Source: Paraglomus brasilianum
Taxonomy: Eukaryota
Assembly: GCA_910592345.1 (NCBI GenBank)
Contig: CAJVPI010000069.1
Coordinates: forward strand, 1-61,629
DNA: 61,629 nt
Direction: 5' to 3'
Both the position numbers and the translations under genes were made by a program. Below the pieces are notes generated by a model. That model searched no databases. It saw only the letters and a program-made list of their open reading frames with translations, and had not been told where the DNA came from. Positions 43,151 through 54,900 of the stretch are shown piece after piece (the first letter of the stretch is position 1; each line of letters starts with the position of its first letter).

Positions 43151-44146
43151 ATGGCTTCTTTACCTTGCGAGATTCTTGAGATAATTTTTGCCTCGCACGC
43201 AAAAGATTCCTCTACTCTCCACTCTTGTACTTTAGTTAACAGAAATTGGTGCGTGGTAGCTCTTCGGTACTTGTGGGCCAAACCTTTCAGCTTGTTGCTT
43301 GCAAGACCAAGGAGAAAAACCAGCCGATCAGTAGACAACCTTCTGACCACATTTATCGAATGTTTTACTGATGTTAACGCTCTTGCGAGCGCATCCCAGT
43401 TGCGCAAGAAATATAGTAAAAGGTTTCCGTTTGATTATAGCCTTTACTTGAAGGAGATTCATCCTAAGGAGATTTACAGTTTGTCGATACAGACCAACAA
43501 GTATTATTATGTGCGAGACAGGATCATTCTTTTGGCAATTACATATTGCCCAAATCTCAGCACTCTTTCTCTTACATTAAACTCGTATTTTATGGATCAA
43601 AGTCAACCTCTAGTTTCTATAACAAGCCTCCCCCGTTTACAAAATTTAATCTTATATTTAAATACAGAGAATAATATGTTCAGCACACTTTCTACGGCCG
43701 TATATAATTTGAAATCAATTTCAGTCAAAGTTTGCAAGAGTGCGAAATATAAATATAATCTTGAACAAGAATCGCATCGTGGATTGCAAAAACTCATACA
43801 GTCTCAACAACAACTAAAGATGATTACTATAGAGAATGTGGCAGCCAAGATGAGAACTGTATTTAGATTGTTGGAGTCACAGTCGAATTCTCTGGAATCA
43901 ATTATTTTGAAACACTTTCGGTTCTATTCGGATGATTTTAACATTGGACAAATCAAGTTTCATCAATTGAAAAGAATTTACATAAAGAGCTGTACAATAT
44001 CAGAGGGAGGGCTGAAATCAATCTCCGAGGCTGACTTGCCAAAGCTACAACAACTCGAGTTCGAAAATACTACCTGGGAACACAACAATGACTGTATTTC
44101 ATTGCAAAATAAGTACCAAAACCACATAATTTATTCATGGAAGTAG
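43151..44146 (+). CDS. F-box protein with LRR-like region, paralog 3 (331 aa, intronless)
   Basis: ATG at 43151 gives MASLPCEILEIIF...TLHSCTLVNRNWC..LWAKPF; colinear with paralogs 1, 2 and 4; opposite orientation to 1 and 2. Confidence 0.92.
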   Translation: MASLPCEILEIIFASHAKDSSTLHSCTLVNRNWCVVALRYLWAKPFSLLLARPRRKTSRSVDNLLTTFIECFTDVNALASASQLRKKYSKRFPFDYSLYLKEIHPKEIYSLSIQTNKYYYVRDRIILLAITYCPNLSTLSLTLNSYFMDQSQPLVSITSLPRLQNLILYLNTENNMFSTLSTAVYNLKSISVKVCKSAKYKYNLEQESHRGLQKLIQSQQQLKMITIENVAAKMRTVFRLLESQSNSLESIILKHFRFYSDDFNIGQIKFHQLKRIYIKSCTISEGGLKSISEADLPKLQQLEFENTTWEHNNDCISLQNKYQNHIIYSWK

Positions 44147-46758
44147 TATTGATCATACATGTATATATATTCATTGATTAACATGACTGAGAAATTATGT
44201 GATTATTTTTAGTCCTTCTTATTGATGCAATTTATTAAATGTTTTTCCAAGTTTATATTTCCACAATTTATTTTGAACGAGTCTTTTTCTTTCTCTTTTT
44301 GCTTATTATTCTATAAGTTAGTAATAATCATCTGTATTATCAGCATGCTGATCTTTACTTAGTATCAGACTAGAATTTATCTGTTATATCGTGAAAGGAC
44401 AATTTAGGATAACAATGTTTATACAAATACTATCGTTGGCGATAAAGTAAAGATTATTTGTTATTGCATAATGACAGGCTTATTACATTGTTTGAAAACA
44501 TCAGACTATTACGTAGCAGTGAATTCAACAGATCTAATTTCACCAAACCATCCAGCTATTCACTTGATTTGTAAAGTCCGTTAATTATGACGAACTTCAT
44601 TAGACAATTAACTAATCAAAATTGTCGATCTCAACTTTGATATATTAATATTCTATTAAGGTTGTAAAAATGCGATTGAATTTACTCAGCATGTGATACA
44701 CAATCAGAGCGCGGTGATAAGCGAGTCTGCCATGAGCCCAATACGAGTGGTCTGTCATTCCATCGTCTCTAATTTCAGATAATATCTTACGAATATGTTT
44801 ATAGCAGTTTTTTATGACACTTTGTTGAGAGAAGAATTATTCTTAGTGCAACAATAAATAGGGGTAGAATTTCTCTCATTTTCTACATGTTCCGGTACGC
44901 TACGTTTCAATTTCTATGTTTCTGATATTCTAATATACTGATTATTCCAATTAATCGGAATAACTTGAAAGAAAGATTCAACAAAACAAAAGAACAAATG
45001 AATGATTAACCTATCGGACTCCTTGGTCACAGCCAATTCCAATGTCGGATAGAAGAATACGGCGGATGAAGACTCTATTAACTGTTGATCGATAATTTTT
45101 TTGTTGTTCTTTATAGAACTCGCCTAAGCCGTGAATAACCTTAACTTTCAACTGCAATAAAAGGGGAAGGTGTCCAGCTCACGAATCTTCGTCTAATAGG
45201 AAAACGAGAATTTGGGATTATCGTTAGCAAGTACGATTAAGTTACTAGTATGCTGAGAAACATTTACGTGGGCTGGTAAACTCTACTAACAGGCCCAGAA
45301 GCATTCTATTATAGTTTTCAAATAATAACGATAAAGGAATTGGCTTCAAAAAATATGCGTTTTCGCACTAAAGACAAATAATGTCATGTCAAAAAATCAC
45401 AAATAGCAATACACAAGCGTGTGAGTGATTTACGTTTGAAAAATATTGAATAGCGAACGAGTATGGCATTCGGGTATACTGTTAGTGAAAGTAAAGGTAG
45501 ACGGTTTGTAGTTGAGGACGATTGAAAAAACACTTTATTTAAAAAAGGATAGTAATAGTTCTATAAGTCTTTAATTTGCAAAAGCCTCGGGTAGTCGGAA
45601 TATGTTTTTTATTATTTTCTCTGGACTTAGTACTTTCTCACCGAAAAACACTGAATATGGTGTATCTAATAAAACTCGCATTATTGCTTGCAAGTCTTAT
45701 AAAATGGACAGGATAAAAGAATATTTGACAAATATTACCGCTATAAAAAAAAATAGTTAATACTTTTCGCTTTGTTTGAACTAATATGGAATGGAATAAC
45801 ATTTATTTTAGTTTGGGTACTCAAAGTGAGGAGGCGGCGCCATGTTTACTTTGTCTGGGTTTTGTTTATTTGGAATTCCAGAGGGGAATTTGCTTTGATT
45901 CTAACCAATCAAGCCGGATAGGCTGCTACACACTATCGCAATTGTGTGCGAGGTATTTACGAACAAATAAAGTTGCCTTGTTCGCTTCAGGAAATGTGGC
46001 GCGAGTCGTCTACAATTATTAATAGATTTTTTGTTTTTACCAAAACTCGTCTTCTTTCTTTAATAAGCAACAAGATTGTGTTGGTAGCATAATACACGCC
46101 GAAGATGATTGATGAATTTCAGTTATCAATAACAATAGATTTTAAGTGACTTGTCAGAAACATCTCGTTGCGTCGTGCAGTCTTACCATGATGCTCGACC
46201 AATAAATAACGTCTTGTTCGGACCATTCTGTCACACGCTATGTCATCAAAGGGGGTTCGCTTACTGCCGTCCTTTTGAATTGATGGATAGCAATCTATAG
46301 TCGGATTTTATTTAGTTTACAAGAAACAGTAAAGTGAATAATCGTTTAAGTAACAGGAATGATCACGGCCAGATTCAAATCGTCAGCAAAGTATGAGAGA
46401 TAAGGATTGTCGCCAAACATCCCCCCAATCTCTACTAGACACTTTTAATCGACAAGATAGAGAAACTTGCTTGTGCCATTTCCATTTTACTTTGTAATAA
46501 GTCTATCGTTGTTCTTAGTGGACCAATGCCCAATATGTAATGATTTATTGGGTCTTGGCAAAGTATGACAAATTAAGGTGCTGCAATATACCGCTTTTGT
46601 GAAACGTATTCACTCTGATACACATAAGATATAATATCTAACCTGATACAGATTGCCTGAAACGGACGAATATCACTTTTTGCCCGGGCGATCATAAATA
46701 CAGTTAAAATTTCACACATTCTTTTCTTTTTCACCTCTCCACCCTCCTTCCCTTTTCT

Positions 46759-46778
46759 CACACACACACACACACACA
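46759..46778. repeat. (CA)n microsatellite upstream of the subtilisin gene
   Basis: About 10 CA units read directly. Confidence 0.85.
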
Positions 46779-47153
46779 TCTAACCCACCTCCACGTGTTT
46801 GCTTAAATCCGTGTCACAATAAAACAGACATTATAGATCGTTGTTTGGTAGCTCTTTCGTTTTAATTAGAGGAACTTTTGCAATCAGTTCCTGGGCTCTG
46901 CTAATTGTGCTAATAATCTCGTCTTCATAGAAAGTCAGAGCTCGTTTGCAGATTGAAAATTACTTGCAAACGCATTATATTGCATCATTTACCTACTGTG
47001 CTGGCACTATTATTATGAGCATACATAACAACGTCGCAACTTTGCGATAGCAATAGAAAGCAAACACCTTAAAGGGTTACTACATTCCTTTTTCCCCTAC
47101 TACCCACACTACCTTACGCTCCCTGAATCATATCATCAAAAACACCTTAAAAG

Positions 47154-49001
47154 ATGCAAAGATCAAAATTATTCACATTATTTATACTTTTTCTAATTTG
47201 TCTGACTGCATCCCCTGGCTTAGCCCAACAAATAAACGACATTAATACCTCGACGACATCCTCACCCACACCCAACTCCGCCGACTTTCCCGATCCTACT
47301 CTTGATGACAATGACACAGCTACAATTGCAACAATCGCAAATCCATCAGAAGAAACCCCCGACGTGAATGACGCGGAAGCGACTACCAGCACGGATACTT
47401 TCAGTACAGCAACAACGAGTCCTCCCAGTCCAACACCGCAAGCTCAATCAGGTACTGCAGCGGATCAACTTGTTTTCGATGAGAATAACCATTACATAGT
47501 GGTGATGAACCGCACCAACGGAACGGAATACAACAAACACTGGAAATGGTTGAAAAAGCTTTCCGACAGTGCAAAGGAACTGTCGCATTTGAGCAGCAAC
47601 GTTAATAAAATCGGTGACTTTGCTTGGTATACCGGCGCTTTTGACAGAAAGGCATTGAATAATATAAATGCGAGTAATGTCGTGAATTATATCGTGCCAG
47701 ATGTAACATTTACACCATACGACAAAATGCAGATTTCTCCGCCTAGTTGGGTAAGCATGAGAGTGAGATTGACGCGGGCATACAGGCATAAATTAGTAAA
47801 TCATTGTTTACTCACACGATACCATATTCGCATAATCGTTAACACAACACGCAAATGCATTCTTTCTCTTACCTTAAAACAGGGCTTACAACGTATAGGT
47901 CAAAGAACACTCCCACTCGTCAATCATTACATATACCCAGATTCAGCCGGTGAAGGCGTGACAATCTACGTTCTTGATACCGGAGTCAACCTCGATCACG
48001 CCGATTTCGAGGGCCGCGCAACATTCGGTGCTTCGTTCGCTGGCAACCCCAACGACAAGACCGATCCTAATGGTCATGGAACATTTGTTGCTGGCGTTGC
48101 CGCAGGCAGAATATTTGGGGTGGCCAAGAAAGCACGTATTGTTTCGGTCAGAGCATTAGATGCCGACGGATCAGGCAAATTGAGTACTATATTGAAAGCG
48201 ATTGATTGGATCGTAAAACGACAGAGCACATCTGACAACAACAAGAGCATTGTGAATTTATCGCTTGGAGCCGCTTTCAGTCAACCGACAAATGATGCGA
48301 TACAAGAAGCTATCAAGTTTGGAATACATTTTTCCATTGCCGCTGGAAATGAGGGCAAAGATGCTTGTCAGTTCTCGCCTGCGTCTGTCAAGGGAGCGTT
48401 GGTGGTTGGTGCTACTAATTCCGATGACACCGTTGCGAAATATTCCAATATTGGAGATTGTGTAGATATGTGAGTTTTTGCGCGATTAGCGCTTTTGTGG
48501 GGGGTGGGGATTTTTAGGGTCCTGATGGGTATGATACTAATTGGTTGGATTTATTATAGATACGCACCAGGAACAAACATTGTTTCAGCATGGAAAGATG
48601 GAACAACTTCTACGCATGTCCGATCAGGGACATCAATGGCAAGTCCTCATGTGAGTACCAACCGAATGAGATTGGATTGTTATAAATTACACATAAGCAT
48701 GCAGATCCCGTGTCTGATATATTTCTTTTGTTAGGTTGCCGGAGTGATGGCTCTGTTACTTAGTCAAGCAAATTACAGTCCACCAGAATTGATTGCAAAG
48801 ATCACGGAAACTGCCACCAGACTCAATGGAACGTCTGCTCCCAAATTGTTGCTCTATGTGTATTCCAATGATACGAGTGTTGCTATAGTAGCCGACAAAC
48901 CAACAGGAGCAGCGTCAAGGCTGTCTTCCTGTTGGGCTAGTAACATAATAATTGTAATTAGTGTATTCTTTCTGGTATTTCGTGGGGGGGTTGGACTATG
49001 A
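47154..49001 (+). CDS. Secreted subtilisin-like serine protease (S8A, proteinase K type) with I9 prodomain and GPI-like C-terminal tail, 4 exons
   Basis: Signal peptide (LFTLFILFLICLTASPGLA), Ser/Thr-rich linker, prodomain (HYIVVM...VNYIVPD), catalytic motifs YVLDTG, NGHGTFVAG, AAGN, SGTSMASPHVAG. Exons 47154-47750, 47883-48469, 48560-48650, 48735-49001. Hydrophobic tail IIIVISVFFLVF. Confidence 0.95.
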
Positions 49002-49634
49002 GACGGGGGTGATTCGCGGATTGTGTGTAATAATGTAGTTAATTTGATCGAACCAAAAAAAAAGGAACTTTCATTGTACAGTTCAATACAACGGGCATCG
49101 AAAGTGCAGCTTAATTTATTTGATGCATGCATTTGATCACGTGAAAGAGAGATATCTCATGTTACGTTTTACATTGAGAGTTTTTAAGACACTTCACTTG
49201 CACATTCTCTTGCACATTTACTTGCACATTCTCTTAAAAAGCTTTCGACCACCGGAAATAAATGAACCAACAGTTCGATAACAAGTAAAGATATTATAAT
49301 TGTTGGTCACCAAAATAAACTCAATTGCAAGATCAGCATCCCATGTGATGCTTGAACAAGTAATACTAATTAATACCCGATGAGCAGTCGATCCGAAATC
49401 CCGTCAATCCACCCACAAAATTTCCTAAAGACACCGAGAATCATGTGATATTGTTCTTAACAGTTTCTCAAATGATTGAGAAATATCAAAAGATCCTTCT
49501 TTTTTTGTGGGTGAAAAAACACGAACTCCCAAAAACTACTTTCCATCAGGCCTGGGGGAAAGAATAACTTTTTAAGATTCTGCCATATTAGCACAATTTT
49601 TTTCTACTTACAAAGAACTTATCACCCACCCATA

Positions 49635-51329
49635 ATGACCCAGGTGCAGAGCATATTGCCAGGGATGAGAGAGTCAGCATTCAATCACTTTGTGAAAAGT
49701 TTTGTAAGGTCTGCAGTTAGTGAAATCACTTTCTTCAAGAGCGACAACACCCCAAAAGACGGCGTCGTGTTTATGAGGACGGAAACTGGTGCGCTTTATG
49801 CATGTGAGACTATAGTCATACTTAGACCACAACACACCAGTAATAGTAAACAACACAACAGTAATATTAAACGAGGTATACTTTTAAAGGACGAGGATAT
49901 CGAGGAGGACGAGGATGATAAAGACAGGTATGTACGTATTTCAAATCTGGTAAAAAAATTGCTAATAGTGATAATAATAAGGTTATTTCATTACAGAGAG
50001 GTTATCGTCTTTTTCAATTTTTTTTGGCATCTATTTCTGTCTATTGTCACCAACCTTCCATCATCACATGTTTGAATGTTGTATGATACTACACTTCCAA
50101 TTTTCATCTTTCGCTTACACAAAAGCACACAAACGCAGTACGCATATCTTACTCTTGCTAACTATTTTTGTTCATGCAGCAGTGAAATCCATAGTACCAA
50201 ATCAGTCAGTGATAGAGGATCAGTTGCCTCAGCAGAGACAGTCCCGAGCCCGAGAACATCTCCACCGCCCCGAAAACGTCCTCGTTATCAGAAACAAAGA
50301 TTAGCATCAATTCGTGAATTATGTTCACATGGGATGCTCGAGAGAATACAATCACTGGGTACTATAGCTGCGCAGAGAAAAAGACAATTCACTTTCAAAG
50401 CAACTTTACCGACCGACGAACAGCTACGGGAAGCATACATGACATTCGTAATGAGTGATAACAGACCTAAGCAATACATAGAAGCTGCTAGATTACACGA
50501 GTTGGTGTTGAAAAGTTCTTTGACTGTTAGAAAACAGGCTAGCGTTCTCCGTATGGGTGTGGGCACGTGGAAGTCGTGTAAGAAGCAGGTGGCGAGAATG
50601 GCTGAAGTAGTAAAGTATTGCGGTGTTGATTTGGATGAGGATATCCCGCCCAAGACATTTTGGAGAGTAGCTCCAGTTAAGTTATATACGGTGATATTTG
50701 CCTATTTACGTAAATGTCTTCAGACTAGAACAGTGGCAAGCATAGATGATGAATTTGATACGGATAAGGCAGCAGAGAGTGGTGATGAGGAGGAGGAAGA
50801 GGAGGAAGAGGAGGAAAAGGAAGAAGAGGAAGAGGAGGAGAAAGAGGAAGGGGAGGAAGAGGAAGAGGAGGAGAAAGAGGAAGGGGAGGAAGAGGAAGAG
50901 GAAGGGGAGGAAGAGGAGGAAGGGGAAGAGGAAGGAGAGGTAGAGGAAGAGGAGGTAGAGGAGGAAGAGGTAGAGGAGGAAGAGGTAGAGGAAGAGGAAG
51001 GGGAGGTAGAGGAGGGAGAGGTAGAGGAGGGAGAGATAGAGGATGACGATGACGATGAAGGCGAAGGTGATTACGAGGCGAAGAAGAAAGAAGATACAGA
51101 TGATGAAAAAGAAAATATGGATGAAGACAATAACGAAGATGAAGATGATGAGAGCAGAATTGGGGAAAGCGGTGACGATATCGTAAACGTAGCAAACAAT
51201 TATAAGAGGAGAAACGGCAGAAGGGGGGGAAAAACTGGCAGAGTAAGAAAGAAAGGAAGGGCATTAATGCGCGATGTTGACAGCAATGATGACGGAAAAG
51301 ATGAAGTGATCACAATAGAAGACGATTAA
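49635..51329 (+). CDS. Hypothetical protein (~480 aa) with a long Glu/Asp-rich tract and basic NLS-like clusters
   Basis: Exon 49635-49927 (AG|GTATGT) joins in frame to the acceptor TGCAG at 50179 and the long ORF ending TAA 51329. Contains PPRKRPR, a poly-Glu tract and KRRNGRRGGKTGRVRKKGR. Confidence 0.7.
50785..51045 (+). repeat. Purine-rich GAG/GAA low-complexity coding repeat
   Basis: Near purine-only strand with repeated units such as GAGGAAGAGGAGGAGAAAGAGGAAGGG and GAGGTAGAGGAGGAA. Confidence 0.9.
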
Positions 51330-52540
51330 ACGAAAAATGAGAGAGCGAACAAACATAGAAATGTCAACTGAGAATGAAAACATCAGAGGAGAACAGTTTT
51401 TTTATCGCTGCTCTTAGTTACAACGAAACATCTACATGCATCGTTTGTAATAAACAGAGTCGTAAGACGCCTGTCGTGTTAATAAATTTTGTGGATCTCC
51501 TGCTACAAAATCTTGGGTTTTCCAAGCAGTATGAGAATCGTCTTGTAAAATTATATTGGTGGTTTATAAATATGATGGAATAATATTCATCACGGTTACG
51601 AAACAACTGGTATCAAATATCTCTATTTGAAATGACTTTATGCGCAAGTAAATTATTAGGTAATCACGTGATGAGAAGATGCTTTATTGCTTGCTGGTGT
51701 GGGTAAAAGAAAGATGTAAGTCTCCTCATTCATATCTCTTTCTTTTATCGGCAGGAGTATCATTGGTAAAGATCATATACGTCTCACGCCTTTTTACTAT
51801 GAGTCGCTCATTTTCGGAGGTTAGAAATTGATTATTATGAAATCAATTTTTTGTAAATACTGTAGCCAGTTTAAACTATGCCACAAATCAAGAAAGAATT
51901 AAGCGTAATTGTATAAAGAATTGGAAGTTACTGGTGTAAGCAACAACAAAACTAACTTGATGGATTTGTTGATTCTATTAATAGAAACTTTGAGAAGATG
52001 CTTATTTGTTGGCGTCTGTTTGATCATCTCCGATTGACATATAGTGTGAAGACTGAAGGTAAATATCTTACGTTGAAGAAGCCAGCTGCTTATGGGCAAA
52101 ACAGGTACTTTCAAGATGGAATCATTTTTAATGTACGAGGAGGAAAAAAATAACTAGTAGAGTTAATGGCGATTAAGAACTTTTCGGCTTTAGATACGAA
52201 GTCAATTGACGTACGTAGAGGTAGACTAGAGTGTGTAGACAAGTCACGACCTCCACAAAAACTTGAAGAAATTCTATCTCATCAATATATGCAACCCAGT
52301 GCCTAAATAAAGACCTCGAAAACTCAATATATGCAACCCATTTATCTGCGTAAATAGTTACTGAATGTGGCTTGTGGCGCGGTAATAATGCGGCCGACCA
52401 ATAGGATCAATTCTGGGTTAACAGAAATCATAATACAAACTTATTCACCATTGTAAATGCTGGGGAGTTCGCGATTAAAATCTACTCTGTCAGCCCAGGC
52501 ATTTATCACTTTCTGTCCTCTTCTCCTACCCGTTTGAAAT

Positions 52541-53533
52541 ATGACTTCTTTGCCTTACGAGCTTCTTGCGATGATTTTTGACGAACATGCAAACGACCTC
52601 TTTACGCTCCATTCCTGCATTCTAGTTAACCGAACTTGGTGTATGGCGGCTCTTCAACTCTTGTGGGCCAAACCTTTCACCTTGTTGTATTCAAGTCCAA
52701 GCAGAAGAAATAACCGATTAGTAGAAAACCTTCTGGCCACATTTACTGAATGTTTTACTGATGTCGATGCCCTCAATAATGCATCACGGTTGCGCAAGAA
52801 ATATAGTAAAAAGTTTCCGCTTGATTATAGCCTTTACTTGAAGGAGATTCATCCTGGGGATATTTACAGTTTGGCAGCACAAACCAACAAGCATTATTGT
52901 GTGCGAAAAATTGCTCGTTTAGCAATTAAATATTGCCCGAATGTCGAAACTCTTTCTCTCACATCACCAAATATTCTTATAGATCAGAATCAATTTCTGG
53001 TTTCTATTAAAAGCCTCCCCCGTTTGCAAAACTTAAGTTTGTATTTTCATTCAGCCGGTAACATATTCAACATACTCTCTAAGGTGGCACATAATTTGAA
53101 GTCAATTTCAGTCAAAGTTTGCTGGGATGGAGTCTATACCTTTGAAAAAAGGTCGCCTTATGGGTTGCAAAAACTCATACAGTCTCAACATCAGCTAAAG
53201 ACATTCACTATACAGACTGTGACAGTCAAGATGAGGCCACTATTTAAATTGTTGGAATCACAGTCAAATTCTCTTAAATCGCTTGTTTTTGAATATGTTT
53301 ACTTCGACTATGATGATTCAAATATTGAACCAATTAAGTTTCATCAATTGACAAGCATCTACATAAAAGACTGTACAATATTAAAGGGTGGACTGGAATC
53401 AATCTTTGAGACGGACTTACCAAAGTTACAAAAACTTGAGTTTGAAAATACTGAATGGAGATGCAAAGATGACTGGATTTTGTTGCAAAATAAGTACAGA
53501 AACCAAATAATTGATTCTGATAATATATTTTGA
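52541..53533 (+). CDS. F-box protein with LRR-like region, paralog 4 (330 aa, intronless)
   Basis: MTSLPYELLAMIF...TLHSCILVNRTWC..LWAKPF, FPLDYSLYLKEI, GLQKLIQSQHQL, LLESQSNSL; colinear with the other paralogs. Confidence 0.92.
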   Translation: MTSLPYELLAMIFDEHANDLFTLHSCILVNRTWCMAALQLLWAKPFTLLYSSPSRRNNRLVENLLATFTECFTDVDALNNASRLRKKYSKKFPLDYSLYLKEIHPGDIYSLAAQTNKHYCVRKIARLAIKYCPNVETLSLTSPNILIDQNQFLVSIKSLPRLQNLSLYFHSAGNIFNILSKVAHNLKSISVKVCWDGVYTFEKRSPYGLQKLIQSQHQLKTFTIQTVTVKMRPLFKLLESQSNSLKSLVFEYVYFDYDDSNIEPIKFHQLTSIYIKDCTILKGGLESIFETDLPKLQKLEFENTEWRCKDDWILLQNKYRNQIIDSDNIF

Positions 53534-54087
53534 TTAATGACACCATGTATGTTACTTGTGAGAGCTGTATTTTTTATTAAATATACATATATCCATGCAG
53601 ACATTCTTATCGGATAATGGTGTGACAGACAAAATGCGTTGATTTTGTACCGTTTTTTTATATACAATTTTTTTTCTAACAGCAATAAAAACAAATTTCG
53701 TTCGTGTATATCGCGAGCGTACAATATTACATTACTTCGGTTTGTTCCGCTACCGTGATAGTCTCTTCGACACGTGTTTTCGTTTTAAAATACTAGCCTT
53801 AGCATATTCTTGTGCAGCTTGATAATAAAGCCAAACGCTATCTCAATGGGTTTGAATGTGAAGTCTGCTGATCCGATGGTACCTTTCACCGCTGACAACT
53901 TGCGAGTTTCGACGATTGCTTTACCCCTTTAATTGACTTGCAGATTTCTTCTCCTTGACAGCACTTCGTTTCAACGATCAAATGCAATATTTGCTGCGGC
54001 AAGTCATCACCTAGTCCACTACGGATTCTTCAATATTAGATGTGATTGGCGTTAGATGATCTATGAAAATGAGTATTTTTCAATGTA

Positions 54088-54900
54088 CAGAGGGTACTCA
54101 AAAGTTTACGGACACTTTCTTATTGTGTGAATTGCTCGATTTTTTATTATAATAACAATGTCTTTCACAATAATAAAAACCGCTTCTACACTATTGGATT
54201 AAATCTTTTGTTAGTGTTTAATATTTTGTTGGACCCCATTTGCATCTATTGCTATCGTGGCATGTTTTCGATAAGTTTTTTAATTTTATCTTGAGAGATC
54301 GACCTCCAAGTTTTTTTCACAAGTCGTTCAAGCTCATTAAGATTTTTAGGTTTCTTTTTTTCATTTTTAAGGCTTCGCTTAATCTCATCCCACAGATTTT
54401 CTCTTGGGTTAAGGTCAGGACATTGGGCTGGCCAAGAGAGCGTTCGGAGAGATTTTCTTCTCGAAATTCAATGGCAATAAATGGCAACACGATTCTTTTT
54501 ATTAGGTCGTCCAGAACGTGGCTTTGCTTCAATTGATCCAGTAACATTGTATCGGTTTATACAAGCTGAAACTGCTGAATGACCACATCCCACGATTCTA
54601 GCAATTTGTCTGCTGGAATGTCCAATTTTATGACCATAAAGAATACTGTTTTTTTGGAAGTCAGTGAGTTGTTTTCTTTTATCCATGATTCTCTTTAAAA
54701 CAAAAGATAGACGCGACAGATTGTTTTGTTTATTTATTTATATTTACAACATGACAATTTAGGCAAACAGTTAACATAACAAACATCCTAAATAAGTAGT
54801 GTAGAAACATTTTTTATTATTGTAAAAGACACTGTTATTACAATAAAAACTGAGCAATTTATGCAATAAGAAAGTGTCCGTAAACTTTTGAATACACTCT
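54088..54900. mobile_element. Internally deleted Tc1-family transposon with ~110-bp TIRs
   Basis: TA|CAGAGGGTACTCAAAAGTTTACGGACACTTTCTTATTG... and ...CAATAAGAAAGTGTCCGTAAACTTTTGAATACACTCT|TA; transposase remnants inside. Confidence 0.93.
54252..54686 (-). pseudogene. Tc1-type transposase remnant (N-terminal HTH plus C-terminal end of the DDE domain)
   Basis: MDKRKQLTDFQKNSILYGHKIGHSSRQIARIVGCGHSAVS...PRSGRP followed almost directly, in another frame, by WPAQCPDLNPRENLWDEIKR...LIENMPR*. The central catalytic region is missing. Confidence 0.9.

Noticed and set aside
47860..47882. CCTTAAAAC near the subtilisin intron 1 acceptor, resembling a U12 branch site
   Set aside because: The donor is GTAAGC, a standard U2-type site.
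49136..49143. TCACGTGA E-box-like motifs (also near 30220, 37474, 51664)
   Set aside because: Short palindrome found in varied contexts including inside a MITE; cannot be tied to a specific regulator.
50725..51264. Pro/Leu-rich antisense ORF and Arg/Lys-rich alternative-frame ORF
   Set aside because: Shadows of the GAR repeat encoding the poly-Glu tract.
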